Below, in pieces: positions 52,748 through 64,000 of a DNA stretch of 64,000 nt. This stretch comes from Eledone cirrhosa (Eukaryota). The stretch lies in assembly GCA_964016885.1 (NCBI GenBank), contig OZ024741.1, positions 114,638,001 to 114,702,000 of the forward strand. Direction: 5' to 3'. How positions within the stretch are numbered: position 1 is the stretch's first letter; the number at the start of each line of letters is the position of its first letter. Made by a program: the position numbers and the translations under genes. Under the pieces are notes generated by a model, which ran no database searches, was not told the origin of the DNA, and worked only from the letters and a program-made list of their open reading frames with translations.

Positions 52748-53157
52748 GATGAATGAGAAATAAAAGATGAAATAGAAAGATAGGGAGTGAGAAGATGAAT
52801 GAACAGAAAAAGCTTTTGAGAAAAAGCACATGTGTATTCAGGCAGCTATATTTGAGAATATATATATATATATATATATATACGATATTAACAAATGGAA
52901 GCTATATTTATAAAACCATATTAATTTTATTATACATATTTCAAGGATACCATGTTAAATTATGGTATGCTTTCATCAGACAAAATAAATATATACCAGT
53001 TTTATAAATAAACATTGACGTACCCTTTCAAAATGCAACCGTTACTTTTGGAGGACATCAAGGATAGTGTTTATTTTAGTAAGTCGTTGTGTTAAGGAGA
53101 AGGAAAAAGACGGAGAGAGAGAAAAACCGAGAGAGAGAAAAGTGGAGAAAGAAAGAA

Positions 53158-53380
53158 GAAAAAAGAGAAAAAAGAAAAAAAGAAAAAAAGAAAAAAAGAA
53201 AAAAAGAAAAAAAGAAAAAAAGAAAAAAAGAAAAAAAGAAAAAAAGAAAAAAAGAAAAAGAAAAAAAGAAAAAAAGAAAAAAAGAAAAAAAGAAAAAAAG
53301 AAAAAAAGAAAAAAAGAAAAAAAGAAAAAAAGAAAAAAAGAAAAAAAGAAAAAAAGAAAACAAGAAAAAAAAAAGAAAAC
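53158..53380. repeat. (GAAAAAAA)n polypurine tract
   Basis: Seen directly; the K/E-rich and F-rich ORFs here are artefacts. Confidence 0.95.
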
Positions 53381-54150
53381 AGAAAAACAAGAGAGAGATA
53401 TCAAACCACCAGACAGAGAGAAAAAATCAAGAGAGAGAAATATAGAGATAGAGAGAGGGGGAGAGAACGAAAACCTTAAGTCATGTCATATTAAGTTAAG
53501 TTAACAATTGAGATGAAATGAATAAATAAAATTAGAAATATTAATATTCATGAATGGAATATACATATATAATATGAGAAATTGATCATTGTTTAACTAC
53601 GATTAGATATTTAGTTTAAAAATTGAGATCAATATATTAAAAATTGGAATTTAAACATTACGAAATATATATACTGCTAGAGAAATTACCTATCATATAG
53701 CACGTACATATACGCAAAAATACACATAAATATATATATACACACACACTCAGAAAATACACATTATATCCACTCCCGCATATAATATATACATACAAAG
53801 CATAAATGATTTTTTTTATTAATGTTATACATCCCTTGTGTTATTAAATAAAAATATTTTTTAGTATATATATATAAATATATAGGATTAACTTTCATGC
53901 ATTTATGGCTGTTAAATTATGCCTATCTGCAATCAAATTGTATGGGTACACATGTACATGTACACACACAATTCTTACATATACATATATAAACATGTGT
54001 GTGCATCCTCACCCAATTGGTAGACACGCATCACTCATGCATATATACAGACAGACATATATTCATAAAAATGCATATAACACATGTATATGTATGTTAA
54101 TACACACACATACATACATAGTCGTATAGAGATAAGTATACATCAATATA

Positions 54151-57100
54151 TTACATAGTATAATTGAGTACATAAAATACAAAAGGATTATATTTCCAGA
54201 TAGTTCTAGCTATCCCATCGTGTCTCATGGGGAGGTAGTAGCGAGATGACATTCTTTCGCAGCTGGCAACAATGTGGCTTACATCCTCGATCTTTGTTTT
54301 ACATAGCCTACATTTATTGTCAGCTGCTGGCCCTCCTCTTTTGTGCAGCAGATATTTGGTAGGGAGTTCTTGTTCCTGTATTGCATAGAGATATCCCTCA
54401 AGGTGTGATGTCATAAACTTGTCGGAACTCCATGCCAGGCTTTTTGAGTGGTTTATCCCCTCTATGGTCTGTGTTTTACGCCTCAAGTATCCATGCACAA
54501 CTTTCTCTGTAAATTGGTCAATTTTTTTTTCTTGTTTGAACATTGAATAGGATCTTCCGATTTCTCTGGGTGAGAGATTTATATCAGGCTTTATTCCATA
54601 TCTCTCCTCCAGATCAGTCGCTATTCTAATGATATTTCTTTTTTCATGCTCATAAACCTGAGCAAGATGGTCGCCAACCTTTTTCCTCTGTTGAAGGTGT
54701 TGCTTCAGTGTTACTATCCGGGTCTCATATGTTGTTAATATTGATTTTAGACCCCGGCCACCTTCCTTGCGTGAGAAGTATAGCCTATCCACATCACCAT
54801 TGATGTTAAAGTTCCCAGTAACACTGAGAAGTTTTCGAGTTCTAACATCCATCTCACTTAGTTCTTGCAATGACCAGTTCAGTAGGCCAAATGTTGGCGT
54901 TAGAATTGGCACAGCATAGGTATTGTGGGCAATGTATTTGTTGTATGCTGACAGTTCTGATGACCATATTTTTTTAACTCTTCTGAGGTATTCAGTTCTG
55001 GTTCTCTCCTTATTTATGGGTCCATCATATCTGACATTCTCATCCTGTCCAAGATATCTGTAGTTGTCACCTGACTGCAGAGGTTGTATTGTCAGGCCGT
55101 TCATATCTAGATTTCTAGAGGAGGGCACAGCTCTTCCACGTTTTACTGCCAAATATGCACACTTGGACTCACCAAATTTCATTTTGATGTCGGTTGAAAA
55201 TTGTGTAATGAGGTCCAATTGTTTCTTGATGTCATTGATATTTGGCCCATACAACTTCAGGTCATCAACAAAGAAAAGATGGGAGATACTTCTGGGCCCA
55301 CTTCTTTGTCCACCTTGTTTCCTGAGTAGGTAAGATAGTGGATTCAGTGAGAGAACGAAGAGTAGTACTGACAAGCTATCACCCTGAAAGATGCCCTTCT
55401 GGTAATGTATCCTATCAGTCTTAACCTGCTCCTTCTCACCTCTAAGGATCAAATTGGTGTACCAGTTCTTGGTCAGGCGTTCAACAGCAGCTACTAATGG
55501 TTGTGGGACTTTAGCTAACTGTAAAGCCTTAATAATCCACCCATGAGGTACACTATCAAATGCTTTTTGATAGTCCAGCCACACGACAGTCATGTTTCTG
55601 CGATTCTTTGTTGTTTTTTCCTGAATCATTTTGTTAGTTAGTAGGTGATCTATGCAACCCCACACCTCCCTCTTTCCACCAGCTTGCTCAGGTGTTATGA
55701 TGTTGTTGGTAGCACAGTGATCCTGTAAGAACAGGTTAAGGCACCCAGTATATAATTTATACATGATGTTTTGGCAGGCAATTGGGCGGTAATTTTTAGC
55801 AAGGGTGGTTTGGCTATTTTTGGGAATGAGGAGAGTAGTGGCAGTTGATAACCATCTGGGCAGTTCTTGTGTGCCCTTAATGGTTTCTGTAAACAGCCGT
55901 ATGAGATCTTGCCGATAGAAAGTGAAATTCTTCAACCAGTATCCTGTAATGAGGTCTGGGCCTGGCGATTTCCTATTCGACATTTTCTGTAGAGCTGTTT
56001 CCAGTATTGACCCATCTATGTCATATTGTTTTGTCTGGACATGTTGGCAGTAGTCCTGTTCCAGTTGTTTTAGCCAATTAGCTTGTCTGTTGAATCCGTC
56101 ATCCGTTTCCCATACAGATCTCCAGTAGTTCTCAACCTGTTCTTTTGAAGGGGTGTCGTTTACAGGGATTGAGCTTTTGCCACCGAAGCTGCGATAAACT
56201 GATTTAGGATCTCTGGCAAACAATCTATTTAGCACTTGTCGTTTATGGGCTGTTGACTTATATTTTAGTCTTTCTGTTGTAGCTGTGAGTTGTTGTTTCA
56301 ACTGGTGTAATTTGGAGTTCAAAGTTTTAAATTTGGTATCTCCAAATCGTCTCTCTAACTTTTTCTTTAGGTCTTCCTGGTGTCGTGTGAAGTTTCTCTC
56401 TATGTTGCATTTCATAACGACTGCGATGTGTGAGATACTTCGTCTCAGGGACAAAATTTTGGTTTTTAAATTTCGCATCCACGCTGGTTCAGGCTTTCTG
56501 TTTGTATCTTGATTGCGTGGTTTTAGATGTGTGTTATATGATAGCAATGTGACAGCTGAAACATATAACAAAACATTGAGCGTTTCAAATGTCGTTTCTA
56601 CACCTTTAGATCGTATAGCCTTCAGATAATTGCCAGCTATTTCGTTCACCGCTTCCAATTCCAATTTAGTGGGTTCTTTACTGACTCTAGTGTTGTATGG
56701 TCTGTCACTCACATTAAGGCTGTGTATCTCTTGAAACATATCGTTCCATATCACTTGTAGGGTGCCCACAAGTTTTTGGTGCTCTGTTTGTTCAGTAGAG
56801 TCATGAATTGCAGCCTCGTTGTTGATGTGGTGACAATTACTACTAGAGTCAGCTGACCTTTCTCGCTGTTCTTCAGTGGAAGTGGGATGGATTTCAGCAA
56901 AATTGTTGGTGAGCTGTTCACTGTTAGATTTAGCTGGCCATTCTCTTTGTCTGTCAGTGGAGGTGGGGTGGTTGTCTACAAGGGCTGTATTTGTAGTATC
57001 ACTCGATTCCGTTAGATGTATCAATTTACATCTAATGATACGTTTTGCCTGTTCATTTAGATGCTTTGGAGAAAAGTCTAATTCTGGGTGTTTGGAGTTC

Positions 57101-57249
57101 CATAAAGTTTTTAGCCTTTGCATAAAACCGAACTTTTGGGGTTCAGATTGTTTGTATGCTTCATATAATTCTTTGTTAAGCTCGTAGCTCCACTGTATAC
57201 AACGGTTGTAATTGCGATTTGGTCGAAGGAGACTTGTACTTTTTGCCAT
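54151..57249 (-). CDS. R4/Dong-type LINE ORF (1032 aa): N-terminal domain, RT, CCHC; truncated before the RLE endonuclease
   Basis: Uninterrupted ORF with NYRPIAC, WLDYQKAFDSVPH, GIFQGDSLS, FFVDD, YRYLG, GGRGL and CRLC..H..ASC. Homology stops at ~54194; the last ~14 codons come from the flank. Confidence 0.9.
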   Translation of the reverse strand: MAKSTSLLRPNRNYNRCIQWSYELNKELYEAYKQSEPQKFGFMQRLKTLWNSKHPELDFSPKHLNEQAKRIIRCKLIHLTESSDTTNTALVDNHPTSTDRQREWPAKSNSEQLTNNFAEIHPTSTEEQRERSADSSSNCHHINNEAAIHDSTEQTEHQKLVGTLQVIWNDMFQEIHSLNVSDRPYNTRVSKEPTKLELEAVNEIAGNYLKAIRSKGVETTFETLNVLLYVSAVTLLSYNTHLKPRNQDTNRKPEPAWMRNLKTKILSLRRSISHIAVVMKCNIERNFTRHQEDLKKKLERRFGDTKFKTLNSKLHQLKQQLTATTERLKYKSTAHKRQVLNRLFARDPKSVYRSFGGKSSIPVNDTPSKEQVENYWRSVWETDDGFNRQANWLKQLEQDYCQHVQTKQYDIDGSILETALQKMSNRKSPGPDLITGYWLKNFTFYRQDLIRLFTETIKGTQELPRWLSTATTLLIPKNSQTTLAKNYRPIACQNIMYKLYTGCLNLFLQDHCATNNIITPEQAGGKREVWGCIDHLLTNKMIQEKTTKNRRNMTVVWLDYQKAFDSVPHGWIIKALQLAKVPQPLVAAVERLTKNWYTNLILRGEKEQVKTDRIHYQKGIFQGDSLSVLLFVLSLNPLSYLLRKQGGQRSGPRSISHLFFVDDLKLYGPNINDIKKQLDLITQFSTDIKMKFGESKCAYLAVKRGRAVPSSRNLDMNGLTIQPLQSGDNYRYLGQDENVRYDGPINKERTRTEYLRRVKKIWSSELSAYNKYIAHNTYAVPILTPTFGLLNWSLQELSEMDVRTRKLLSVTGNFNINGDVDRLYFSRKEGGRGLKSILTTYETRIVTLKQHLQQRKKVGDHLAQVYEHEKRNIIRIATDLEERYGIKPDINLSPREIGRSYSMFKQEKKIDQFTEKVVHGYLRRKTQTIEGINHSKSLAWSSDKFMTSHLEGYLYAIQEQELPTKYLLHKRGGPAADNKCRLCKTKIEDVSHIVASCERMSSRYYLPMRHDGIARTIWKYNPFVFYVLNYTM

Positions 57250-57705
57250 GATGAGTTCGTCTATTCACTAATATTTTGTATTTATTTTTTTTAAATAGTC
57301 GATGATCTTCTTTAAAAGTTACGACAAAGTTCTGTCAGAATCAAATTTAAAGTTATTCACAGCTTGGGTAATATTTCTTTTCAGTTAGTTTTTAATTCTA
57401 CAACTGTGTTTTAAACGTTGTTCTTGAATCGTTTGAATCGAGAACAAAAAGAACCGTTACTTAGTATATTCCTTTACGAATGTAATATAATATAACAACG
57501 CTGTATTTATATGTTAAAGTTTATGTATCATTCATATAAATAGGTGTTCTACAACATATTCACAACATTCACAGTTCAAACACTTATATTTTTGTTTCTG
57601 AATCGAAAACGTTACTTTTATATTTCTTTATAAATGTAATATAACAACGTTGCATTTATATGTTAAAGTATATGTATCGTTCATATATCATAAGTGTATG
57701 TATCA
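54194..57705 (-). mobile_element. R4/Dong family B element with intact 5' end and missing 3' end
   Basis: ORF plus ~450-bp putative 5'UTR abutting (TATG)n at 57711-57820. Confidence 0.88.
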
Positions 57706-57829
57706 TAAGTGTATGTATGTATGTATGTATGTATGTATGTATGTATGTATGTATGTATGTATGTATGTATGTATGTATGTATGTATGTATGTACGTATGT
57801 ATGTATGTATGTATGTATGTATATATATA

Positions 57830-58192
57830 AACCTGGAAATGCTCGGCTTGGTGCCCGAGCGCGTAGTTATCCCACAGGTAGTGAGAGACCCTTAGTCCTT
57901 TTTAGGATATCATAGAAGGAGAAGGAAAACTCTGATTTAAAACCTGGATGTCGATGGCAGCCAATGATGTTGACCTGCTCATATATTTGGATACCTGTCA
58001 CCATTGTTCGGAGCGTGGGATTAATCTAGTGCAAGTCTTTTCTCCATTCAAAAAGTTTCAAGTATAAGCATAACTTGATCTAAAGATCTTATACATGCGT
58101 TGCATGTCGGAAAAATGTATGTTTTCGTGCTACCCATGTATGATAGAGGGGATCAAGTGATGACAAATCTCGAACTTGAGTTGCAGATATCA
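57830..58192 (+). mobile_element. Diverged RTE-5'UTR-derived element with TATG tail
   Basis: GACCCTTAG..GGAGAAGGAAAACTCTGAT..CCAATGATGTTGACCTG..GTGGGA, shared with the neighbouring family. Confidence 0.6.
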
Positions 58193-58211
58193 TGTATGTA
58201 TGTATGTATGT

Positions 58212-58727
58212 AGGTTTCTTGGTGAGGAGGGTGACTTTGAACATCCTGCAGGACTAAAAGCAAAACCTGTCAAAGGGCAAAGGAGCTCTTAAGAGTCAAT
58301 GGCCATCCAAAATCACCAGGAGAGATGACCCCTTAGCCTTTGTCAAGGCAGAATTCTAGGAGAAGGAAAACTCTGATATAACACCTGCAACCCTGATGGT
58401 ATCCAATGATGTTGACCTGTTCTTCTTTTTGGTAAATATCATCTTGGTTACGAGAGTGGGACTGGCTTTGTGCAGTGCTTTTGCTCACTATAAAAGCTTC
58501 ACGGCACAGGCATTGCTTTATATCTGGAGATCTCTCTGCACATGTCGTCACATGGTACCATGGGCCCAGCACTATGTGTCAATAATTGTCACAAGTGTAG
58601 TGTTTGTACCAGAGTTTTCAAGTCGCTGGCTGGACTAAAAAGTCACACTCGTTCAGCGCATCGGCAGGGGTTCTCCTACATGGATATAAAGTAGTGGCCG
58701 TACTCGAAAACGAGTTGGCAGTCACCA
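58212..58727 (+). mobile_element. Non-autonomous bipartite RTE derivative
   Basis: Near-identical to 60250-60759; TATG on both sides. Confidence 0.88.
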
Positions 58728-58745
58728 TGTATGTATGTTTGTATA

Positions 58746-60110
58746 TATTCTTCTGGGTTTTTTAATTTCACAAATTTTTGCCAATAGAGAAAGAGTCGGT
58801 TTCTAACATAGACACAAGACCCTCTCATTGGAATTTACACAACATCAACTAGGTAGATTATGTATGCATGCATGCATGTGTAGATATGGATGTTATTGTA
58901 TGTGTGGATGTGTATGTTTTGAGTTGTATGTGTGCATGCTTTGTATCTGTACATGTGTTTGTATCTGTACATGTGTATATGCAGTTATTAGATGCAACAT
59001 TTTTGGAATGTTTTACATATTTTTACTGTTCCATTAATGGATTGTACTTGTAATTTCCTAACTAGTTGTGTTCTTTCTGTTCCTGTGAACCCTAGCTTCT
59101 CAAGATTTGTATTGAGGCAGTTACTAACATACCCCAGTGCCCCAATAATCACAGGCATAAATCTAAAGGTGTAATCAAGGTGGAGTATCTGCAGATTTCT
59201 CATCAGTTCTGCGTAAATATTCTCCTTTTCGCTAATCTTTTATATTATATTGGCATCTGCTGGGCATGCTTTCTTCTCCCTGACCCATGTCATAATATCT
59301 GGTCTGTTATGCCTGCATTTTATTGGGTTTTTTTCTGGAACATTCCACAAGTACTCTTTCATATTATGTACATGGATATCTTCCACATTGCTGTAGCTTT
59401 TAATGTGTTTATTATCGGGACTATCTTTTTTACGGATTGCATTGTACAGTGTTTTTGCCACTACATCATGTCTCATATGTAAATAGTACTGCGATGACAT
59501 CTTTGGACAGCTGCTGATGACATGGGTGATATCTTCGATGTTACTTCTGCAGAGTCTGCACCCGTTATCGCATCTCGGTGTTTTGCCTGCATCCCTATCT
59601 CTTTTGTGAATCAGGTATTTCGTGTTAATTTCCTGTTCTTGGATTGCAAAAGCGTGTCCTTCAAAGTGGGAGCCAATATAGCGGTTGTTGGTCCAAGATA
59701 GACTACTTTCCTTATCTATATTACTCTCATTCTGGAGTTTCCTGGCAACATATCCATGCATGATTTTTTTGCGGATAAGCATGCAGTTTGTCATCCATGG
59801 ATTCACTGCGATACTGCTGAGCGATTTCCCTGGGTGTGAGTTTTTGATTATCACACAGGGAATATCTCTCGAGGAGTTCCTTCCCAACTCTCATGATCTT
59901 ATCTGTTTCATGCAGATAGACTTGCTCGAGAGACGGGCTCCTACGCTTCGAGGTTCGTAGATGTTGTCGGAGGGATATGATGCGACATTCAAATGCTGTC
60001 TGGACTGATGTTAGGCCTCTGCCTCTCGGCTTACGTTTCAAGTAAAAGCAATCTATGTCACTGTTGATGTGGAAGTTTCCTGTGTTGTTTAGTATTTTTC
60101 GAGTTCCAAC
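58746..60110 (-). mobile_element. R4/Dong family A, 5'-truncated copy between TATG tracts
   Basis: ORFs 58988-60041 match 21337-22554; 3'UTR matches 21102-21336. Confidence 0.92.
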
Positions 60111-60153
60111 ATGTATGTATGTATGTATGTATGTATGTATGTATGTATGTATG

Positions 60154-60182
<29 letters not shown>

Positions 60183-60184
<2 letters not shown>

Positions 60185-60759
60185 CATGTATCCCAGTACA
60201 ACCTGTCTCATGGTCGGGTCATTGGCGACTAAACTGGCAACCCCACTAAGGTTTTTTGGTGAGGAAGGTGACTTTGGACATCCTACAGGACTAAAAACAA
60301 AACATGTCAAAGGGCAGAGGAGCTCTTAAGAGTCAATGGCCATCCAACATCACCGGGAGAGATGACCCCTTAGCCTTTGTCAAGGCAGAATTCTAGGAGA
60401 AGGAAAACTCTGATATAACACCTGCAACCCTGATGGTGTCCAATGATGTTGACTTGTTCTTATTTTTGGTAAATATCATCTTGGTTAAGAGAGTGGGACT
60501 GGCTTTGTGCAGTGCCTTTGCTCACGATAAAAGCTTCACGGCACAGGCATTGCTTTGTATCTGGAGATCTCTCTGCACTTGTCGTCACATGGTACCATGT
60601 ACACTATGTGTCAATAATTGTCACAAGTGTAGTGTTTGTGCCAGAGTTTTCAAGTCGCTGGCTGGACTAAAAAGTCACACTCGTTCAGCGCATCGGTAGG
60701 GGTTCTCCTACATGGATATAAAGTAGTGGCCGTACTCGAAAACGAGTTGGCAGCCACCA
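60183..60759 (+). mobile_element. Longest copy of the non-autonomous bipartite RTE derivative, (TATG)n tail to 60833
   Basis: RTE-like 5'UTR (GGAGAAGGAAAACTCTGA) fused to the terminal zinc-finger codons CSVCARVFKSLAGLKSHTRSAH* and the 3' hairpin. Confidence 0.88.
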
Positions 60760-60921
60760 TGTATGTATGTATGTATGTATGTATGTATGTATGTATGTAT
60801 GTATGTATGTATGTATGTATGTATGTATGTATGTTCCATGTATGAATATTCCATCGTGTTTTAGGACATCCATCTATGCATGTATATGTGTATGTATGTA
60901 TGTATATGTATTTATATGCGC

Positions 60922-60977
<56 letters not shown>

Positions 60978-61065
60978 AGTCTTACTAAAAGCGTAAATAT
61001 TCCTTCGTCCTTCAGGACATCCATACAATACAACTAACCTTTTGTATAGCAGTGACGACTGCTAG

Positions 61066-61618
61066 TCATGTTTATACGAATATAATACATTCACTTACAC
61101 ACATATGCACAAACACAAACATATGCATACCCATAAGAAAAAAATAGAATTTTCTTATATGTATATCGAAATTGTATGAAAGATAAGAAATGTATAAAGT
61201 TTCTTACAGAATGACGAAGCGAATGAGAGAAAATAAAAAAATAAGCGAAACGAAGATAATAACAAGATGTACGTATGATATAATATTTCTGTCTAAGTTG
61301 TCTATGCTTTGTTTCCATCACCTTGTGAATTCTGATGAGTTCACAATATAAAGATTCCGTGAGTATAGCTTTTTTCGTTTTGATCTGTGTGTGTGTTGTG
61401 TGTTGTGTGAATGTGTGCACGTTTGTCACTGTGTGTGCATTTTTGCGTGTGTTTATTTGTGTGTGTACTTCTGTTTATGTGTTTGTTTGGTTGGATATGT
61501 GTGTGTGAATGTGCATATGTGTTTGTGTAGTGATATGTACAATTGAGTGATATACGGATATATCTTAATGTGCACGAAACTTTCTGGTAAAAACTCCATA
61601 TGTGACGTGCAACATTTC

Positions 61619-61687
<69 letters not shown>

Positions 61688-61791
61688 TTCGATATACATA
61701 TAAGAAAATTCTATTTTTTCTTATGGGTATGCATATGTTTGTGTTTGTGCATATGTGTGTAAGTGAATGTATTATATTCGTATAACCATGA
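61066..61791. repeat. ~110-bp near-perfect inverted repeat (61066-61177 / 61681-61791) enclosing ~500 bp including ~(TA)30
   Basis: Arms differ by about one substitution and one homopolymer indel. Confidence 0.9.
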
Positions 61792-61977
61792 TTATTTCTG
61801 AAGACAGCATATATATGTGTAGGTATGTATATTCCCTCTGATAGTTTGTAAAAATTTTACATAGATCTATATGATATACATACCAACACAAACATATTTA
61901 TCTTAGAAACGATCGTAAAATGATGAATTTGTTGATATAAGGAACTGTTTCTTTGTTTTTATTCATTATTTTTATTA

Positions 61978-62045
<68 letters not shown>

Positions 62046-62090
62046 GAAAAGAATTTTATTGATAAATTGCAACCTAAGCTAAATGAAAAA

Positions 62091-62218
62091 TAATAATTGT
62101 TTCTACTTTAGGCACAAGGCCAGTAATTACCCAGTGTATTACTGGTACTTTATTTTATCGACCCCGTAAGGATGAAAGGCAAAGTCAACCTCGGCGGGAT
62201 TTGAACTCAGATCGTAAA
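62091..62218 (-). mobile_element. 5'-truncated tRNA-derived SINE
   Basis: Reverse complement of 11107-11233. Confidence 0.88.
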
Positions 62219-62817
62219 TGAACAATAATAATGCTTAGGGAATATTACTCCTACTATGACTACGCCTACGACCATGTCGACTACCACCACTAACAACAAC
62301 AACAACAATAATAATAATAAAAGTGATCTGATGGTGATGATCACTGAAGACTTTTTATAAAACCCTAGAAAATGCTATTTTCATCATTTCTAAAAAATAG
62401 CAAAACAAATGATGCTTTGGATAGGGTCAAATAGCAGTCGTTAGACATGTTCAACCAACCGTGACGCCTAAACGAATCAGCTTTAGTAATCCAGTGAAAC
62501 TACACACCGATTGGTCGAAATACAGTTTGCAAAACTTAGCATTCTGTTGCCACTTTTCACTGTATATAAGGCACAAAATTTAGCCATCTCATTACAGTTG
62601 AAAATTGAAAACTTGACTGTCACCACAGAATATGAACCTGAAGATTGCGAAAGCATGAAAGTACTTGTTCAATTAACACTAAACATTTAATATTCTACCA
62701 TACTATTTCATTCTAATACCATTATAATTTTAAAGGATTGTAAATAAAACGAGTAAATCAGACAAAGTTGGAATTCCTTTTATTAATATAATCCTCTATA
62801 CACAATCATACACACCC

Positions 62818-62899
<82 letters not shown>

Positions 62900-63054
62900 C
62901 GAGAAAGAGAGAGAAAGTGAAATAGGAAATACCACAGAAAATACACTTAAGGATCTGTTTTTCTTTTTTCTTCTTTGATTCGTCAAAGTGACAAGTCCCA
63001 TTATTGAAAAAATGAGAGGAACAATTCTTTTAAAAAAAGGGAGTTTTATAATGT

Positions 63055-63093
63055 ACTAAGTGAATTACCCGGCGTTGCCCAGGTTACTATTGT
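63055..63093 (-). mobile_element. Helitron 3' terminus; the element probably extends rightwards
   Basis: Reverse complement CCTGGGCAACGCCGGGTAATTCACTTAG|T, homologous to the terminus at 20138; imperfect repeats follow at 63360-63970. Confidence 0.55.
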
Positions 63094-64000
63094 TCTTATT
63101 CAGATTATTAAACAATAAATATAAAGATATGGTTTTTTTTCTCATAATTATTTCAAAATATCTATATTTTATTAAAAATAATTATTAAAATTGTAATGAT
63201 AATAGAATTTAGAAATGAAAATCTGTCAATCTTGAAGCACGTTAGGGTAAACAATATTCATTGTGTAATTCATGTATGTGTAGATATGTATGTGTATTTA
63301 ATAACGTACCTAATGAACGGGCAAACACACACAAACTCACAGGCACATACATAATCATATACAAAATGTGACGTCCTATTGTTTTAATCCAAATGAAAAT
63401 AAAAATTATCACACATACACTCACACCCACATACACTCACACACACATATACTCTCACATACACTCATACACACATACGCTCACACACACATCACTCTCA
63501 CATACACTCACACACACTTTCACATACACTCAAATACATATACTAAGACGGACACAAACAGACATACATTCACGCACACCCTGTCAGTATCTGTATCTAT
63601 ATGTATAGATGTGTGGGTGTGTGTTTAATTGTCTGCGTGCACACTCATATACAAAATGAGATGTCGTGGTGGTGGTGGTGGTTTACTATAGTTGACTAAA
63701 GAAAATATCGTTATGTTAATCAACACACACACACACATACACTCTCACACACATACACACTAACATACATTCACATACATATACTAAGACAGACAAATAC
63801 ACATACGAAATGTGACGTCTACACTCTCACACATTATGTGTATGTATGTGTAGATGTGTGTGTGTTTAATTCTCTGAGGCCTAACATACATAACGAATGC
63901 ACAAACACACAGTCTCAGCCACATACACACTCAAATACAAAATGTGAGTCATGGTGGTGGTTTACTGTAGTTGAATATAAAAACATTATTTTAGATAAAT

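Noticed and set aside
53042-53504. Lys/Glu-rich and Phe-rich ORFs
   Set aside because: Translations of the (GAAAAAAA)n tract.
61323-61346. CTGATGA suggesting a hammerhead
   Set aside because: It lies within a simple hairpin (TTGTGAATTC-TGAT-GAGTTCACAA) with no downstream GAAA core.

Overview
This is a gene-free, repeat-saturated animal genomic window. The SINE families and the microsatellite load suggest an octopus or another cephalopod (inference). Positions 1-11035 are the edge of a ~20-21 bp satellite (consensus CCCAAATAAAAAACGGGGCA) with nested higher-order periods of ~1.1, ~3.3 and ~6.6 kb; all ORFs there are artefacts. From ~11.2 to 17 kb lies a (TA)n-embedded nest of small non-coding elements with partial-tandem or inverted termini. 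Three of them carry minimal type I hammerhead ribozyme folds, and another is a 291-bp tRNA-like unit arranged as three direct copies plus one inverted copy. These look like non-autonomous Penelope-like or retrozyme-like elements. The rest is a pile-up of non-LTR retrotransposons that sort by microsatellite: R4/Dong-type RLE LINEs at (TATG)n, all on the minus strand and including one uninterrupted 1032-aa ORF; two Tx1/L1-clade families at (TTA)n and (TCTA)n; and an RTE LINE with three C-terminal C2H2 fingers plus its bipartite non-autonomous derivatives, whose (TATG)n tails adjoin the Dong insertions. Also present are Rex3/Expander-like and CRE-like fragments, a decayed hAT (Buster/Charlie) transposase, non-autonomous Helitrons, a Tc1/mariner MITE and several tRNA-derived SINEs. 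No host protein-coding gene is supported.
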